This document shows, one piece after another, positions 61,544 to 64,000 of a stretch of 64,000 nucleotides of DNA (the stretch's first letter is position 1; the number at the start of each line of letters is the position of its first letter). Below the pieces are notes generated by a model. That model saw only the letters and a list, made by a program, of their open reading frames with translations. It made no database searches and had not been told where the DNA came from. The translations under genes were made by a program, and so were the position numbers. This stretch comes from Gekko japonicus (lineage: Eukaryota): assembly GCF_001447785.1 (NCBI RefSeq), contig NW_015175364.1, forward strand, positions 957,340 to 1,021,339, in the 5' to 3' direction.

Positions 61544-61887
61544 GTGTTCAGATGTTAGAACAAGCCTCCATTTGTCTGTGACAGGCACAAACATGACTTG
61601 TACTCCCATGTTCCTGCCACCTCCCTTCTGCATGAAGCAAAATAACAATCTTCCTGGTTTGTGAAGACTTCAGTCAAACTGTTCTGACACGTGAATGAAC
61701 TTAGCCAAGTTGAGTCCGTTTCCTCCCCACAAACCAGGATCAAAATGTGGTACAAAACTCCACTCTGTAGAGGCAGAGGCTCGACCCATCACCCACTTTT
61801 AGATATCATGGCAAACTGGAGTTTGACTGAAGGCTTCACAAACCAGAGCGGTTTCCACATGGAGAAGTGTCATGATGTCTGAACACG
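61544..61887. mobile_element. Fold-back (palindromic) MITE-like element
   Basis: Outer IR gtgttcaga/tctgaacac; inner 27-bp IR at 61654-61680 and 61820-61846 with 26/27 match. Confidence 0.6.
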
Positions 61888-62290
61888 GACTCTCTGGTAT
61901 TTGATTGCAAGAGAGTAAACACAGCTATTCCCTGTAGAAGTTGGCACTACTTACCCAGCAAAAGCAATATACAGATAAATAATCAAGTAATATTTCAATA
62001 TTTGATTCATTCACATCACATTCCTAAATGTTAGTTAAAAGCAAGATTCATTATGCTATTTAAAGGCTGCAAGCAGTAGATTTCAGGTTTTCATGAAGTA
62101 ACATGGCTCTTCTGGATCAGATTCTTTCATACGGCCCTTTGTTTCCAGCAACAACCAGTCAAAACATCATTCTACTGATTTTTCCCCCCATCATCATTCA
62201 TAATTTTAGGAGCCTCTATGAGGTTCTCCATCGGTCATCTTTCAGTCATCTCTTAGAAAGCACAAAAGCACAAAAGCTCTGAAAAAAAAA

Positions 62291-64000
62291 TTCTTAGATG
62301 CCGAAAAGGCTTTTGATAGAGTATCGTGGGACTTTATGTTACAGAAGCTAGCTAAGTGGGAATGTGGAGAAAACTTCTACACGATGATAACAGCGATATA
62401 TTCCAAACAGTTTGTTAAAGTGATAGTAAATGGAGATACGACACAACATATTCAAATACAAAAAGGCACAAGACAAGGGTGTCCATTATCATCGTTACTT
62501 TTTATTTTCATGTTGGAAACATTAACAGATCTGATAAGAGATAACGATAGAATAAAAGGACTAAAGATACAAAACGAAGTATATAAATTGCAGGCCTTTG
62601 CGGATGATTTGGTTTTCGTGGTGGAGGATCCGGTAGTCTCCATACCGGTGCTGATGGAAGAAATTGAGAATTATGGAGAAGTGGCAGGGCTGAAAATAAA
62701 TTATAACAAGACAAATATGTTAACTAAAAACTGTACAATACACCAAATTCAGCAGATAGAAAGAATATCTCAAATGAAAGCTGTTACTAAAATTAAATAT
62801 CTAGGGATAACTATATCCAAAAGAAATAACACGCTACTTGAGGACAACTATGCTAAGTTGTTAGCGGATATAACAAGGGATTTAATAAAATGGGGAAACC
62901 TTCAAATATCCTTTATGGGGAGAATATCAGTATTACAAATGAACATACTTCCGAGATTTCTGTTTTTGGCACAAAATATTCCGATTCTGAGAAATATGAA
63001 GATATTTAACGAGCTGGATAAGGTATGCAGAAAATTTGTATGGGCAAATAAGACTCCACGGATTAAGTGGAAGGTTTTACAAGACCGAAAAGAACAAGGG
63101 GGTTTGAAACTCCCAAATTGGAAGCTCTATTATTCCGCAGCCGCAATGTCTTGGATAAAGGAATGGATTACTCTAGAAAACAAGAGAATGCTGACGCTAG
63201 AAGGCTTTGACTTGGATATGGGGTGGCATGCATATATAGGCTATGATAAGGATAAAATACATAAGAAATTCAATCAACATACTGTTAGAGGTGCATTAAA
63301 CAAAATTTGGCAAGAATCTAAAAATAAATACTATCTTAAAATCCCCAGATGGCTCTCCCCTCTAGAAGCCTTTATAAAACCACCCCTAACGAAAAACACT
63401 GAGCTTCTAACTTATAAAACCTTATTAGATGAAAAAGGTAAACTAAAAACGCAAGAGGCTCTTGAGAAACAAGGTATAAAGCTATCGTGGTGGGAAAATA
63501 CGCAATTGAGGTCATCCTTTGAGAAAGATGAAAAGAAAGGAATATATTGTGAAAAAAATGAGTTAGATAAACTATGGCTGTCAACAAACGACAAATTAAT
63601 TCAAAAACTATAATCTGTTCCTAATAAACTATGAACTTGATGAAGAGGTTAAATGCACAACGATTGCTTGGATGCAGGATTTAGGTTATACCATAGTAGA
63701 CTGGTCTAAGATATGGATAGCTGCAAAACAGTTACGCGCAATTCCATATAAGGAAAACATATTTAAAATGTATCACCGGTGGCATTGGTCCCCGGATAAA
63801 ATAGCTAAATGTTACCCAAATGTATCTAAGAATTGCTGGAAATGTAAAAACAATGTGGGCATCTTCTATCACATGTGGTGGAGATGCCAAAAGTCTCTCA
63901 ACGATTCTGGCAGAAGGTACATAGGATATTAGTAGACATTTATGAAGTGGAAATGCCTTTTAGACCAGAAATATTTTTGTTAAATATATTTCCAGATGAG
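62291..64000 (+). mobile_element. 5'-truncated L1 ORF2 (RT to CCHC domain), disrupted near the 3' end and running off the window
   Basis: FLDAEKAFDRVSW, GTRQGCPLS, AFADDL, KYLGI, GGLKLPN and CWKC...HMWWRC; stop at 63613 and frameshifts after it. Confidence 0.93.

Noticed and set aside
62336-63613. Intact autonomous L1
   Set aside because: It begins mid-RT with no ORF1 or endonuclease and has a stop and frameshifts before the CCHC domain.

Overview
Vertebrate genomic DNA from a squamate reptile (the repeat complement suggests a gecko), not prokaryotic sequence. The window holds most of ZNF704 on the minus strand. Eight coding exons (57293-57540, 27138-27241, 25542-25774, 18255-18355, 17214-17475, 14696-14800, 10461-10558, 8535-8646) splice in phase through GT-AG sites to about 413 aa from the exon ATG at 57519, with one C2H2 finger and a C-terminal C-clamp. 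The first exon and promoter probably lie beyond base 64000, and a long, repeat-poor 3' UTR probably runs towards base 1. The introns are packed with transposable elements: L2, CR1, L1, a truncated DIRS1, Penelope-type termini, hAT MITEs with 8-bp TSDs, and Sauria, tRNA-derived and 5S-derived SINEs. Most notable: (1) two different ORF1-only 'half-L1' insertions, each with a poly(A) signal, A-tail and TSD, and both sense to the gene; (2) minimal-hammerhead-ribozyme-like motifs in the Penelope relics; (3) a ~175-220 bp hairpin-bearing tandem array that appears to sit inside a hAT-type element; (4) multi-level TE nesting; (5) two exon-like intronic segments that may be decayed or alternative ZNF704 5' exons. 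Family names come from motif recognition only; no database searches were run.
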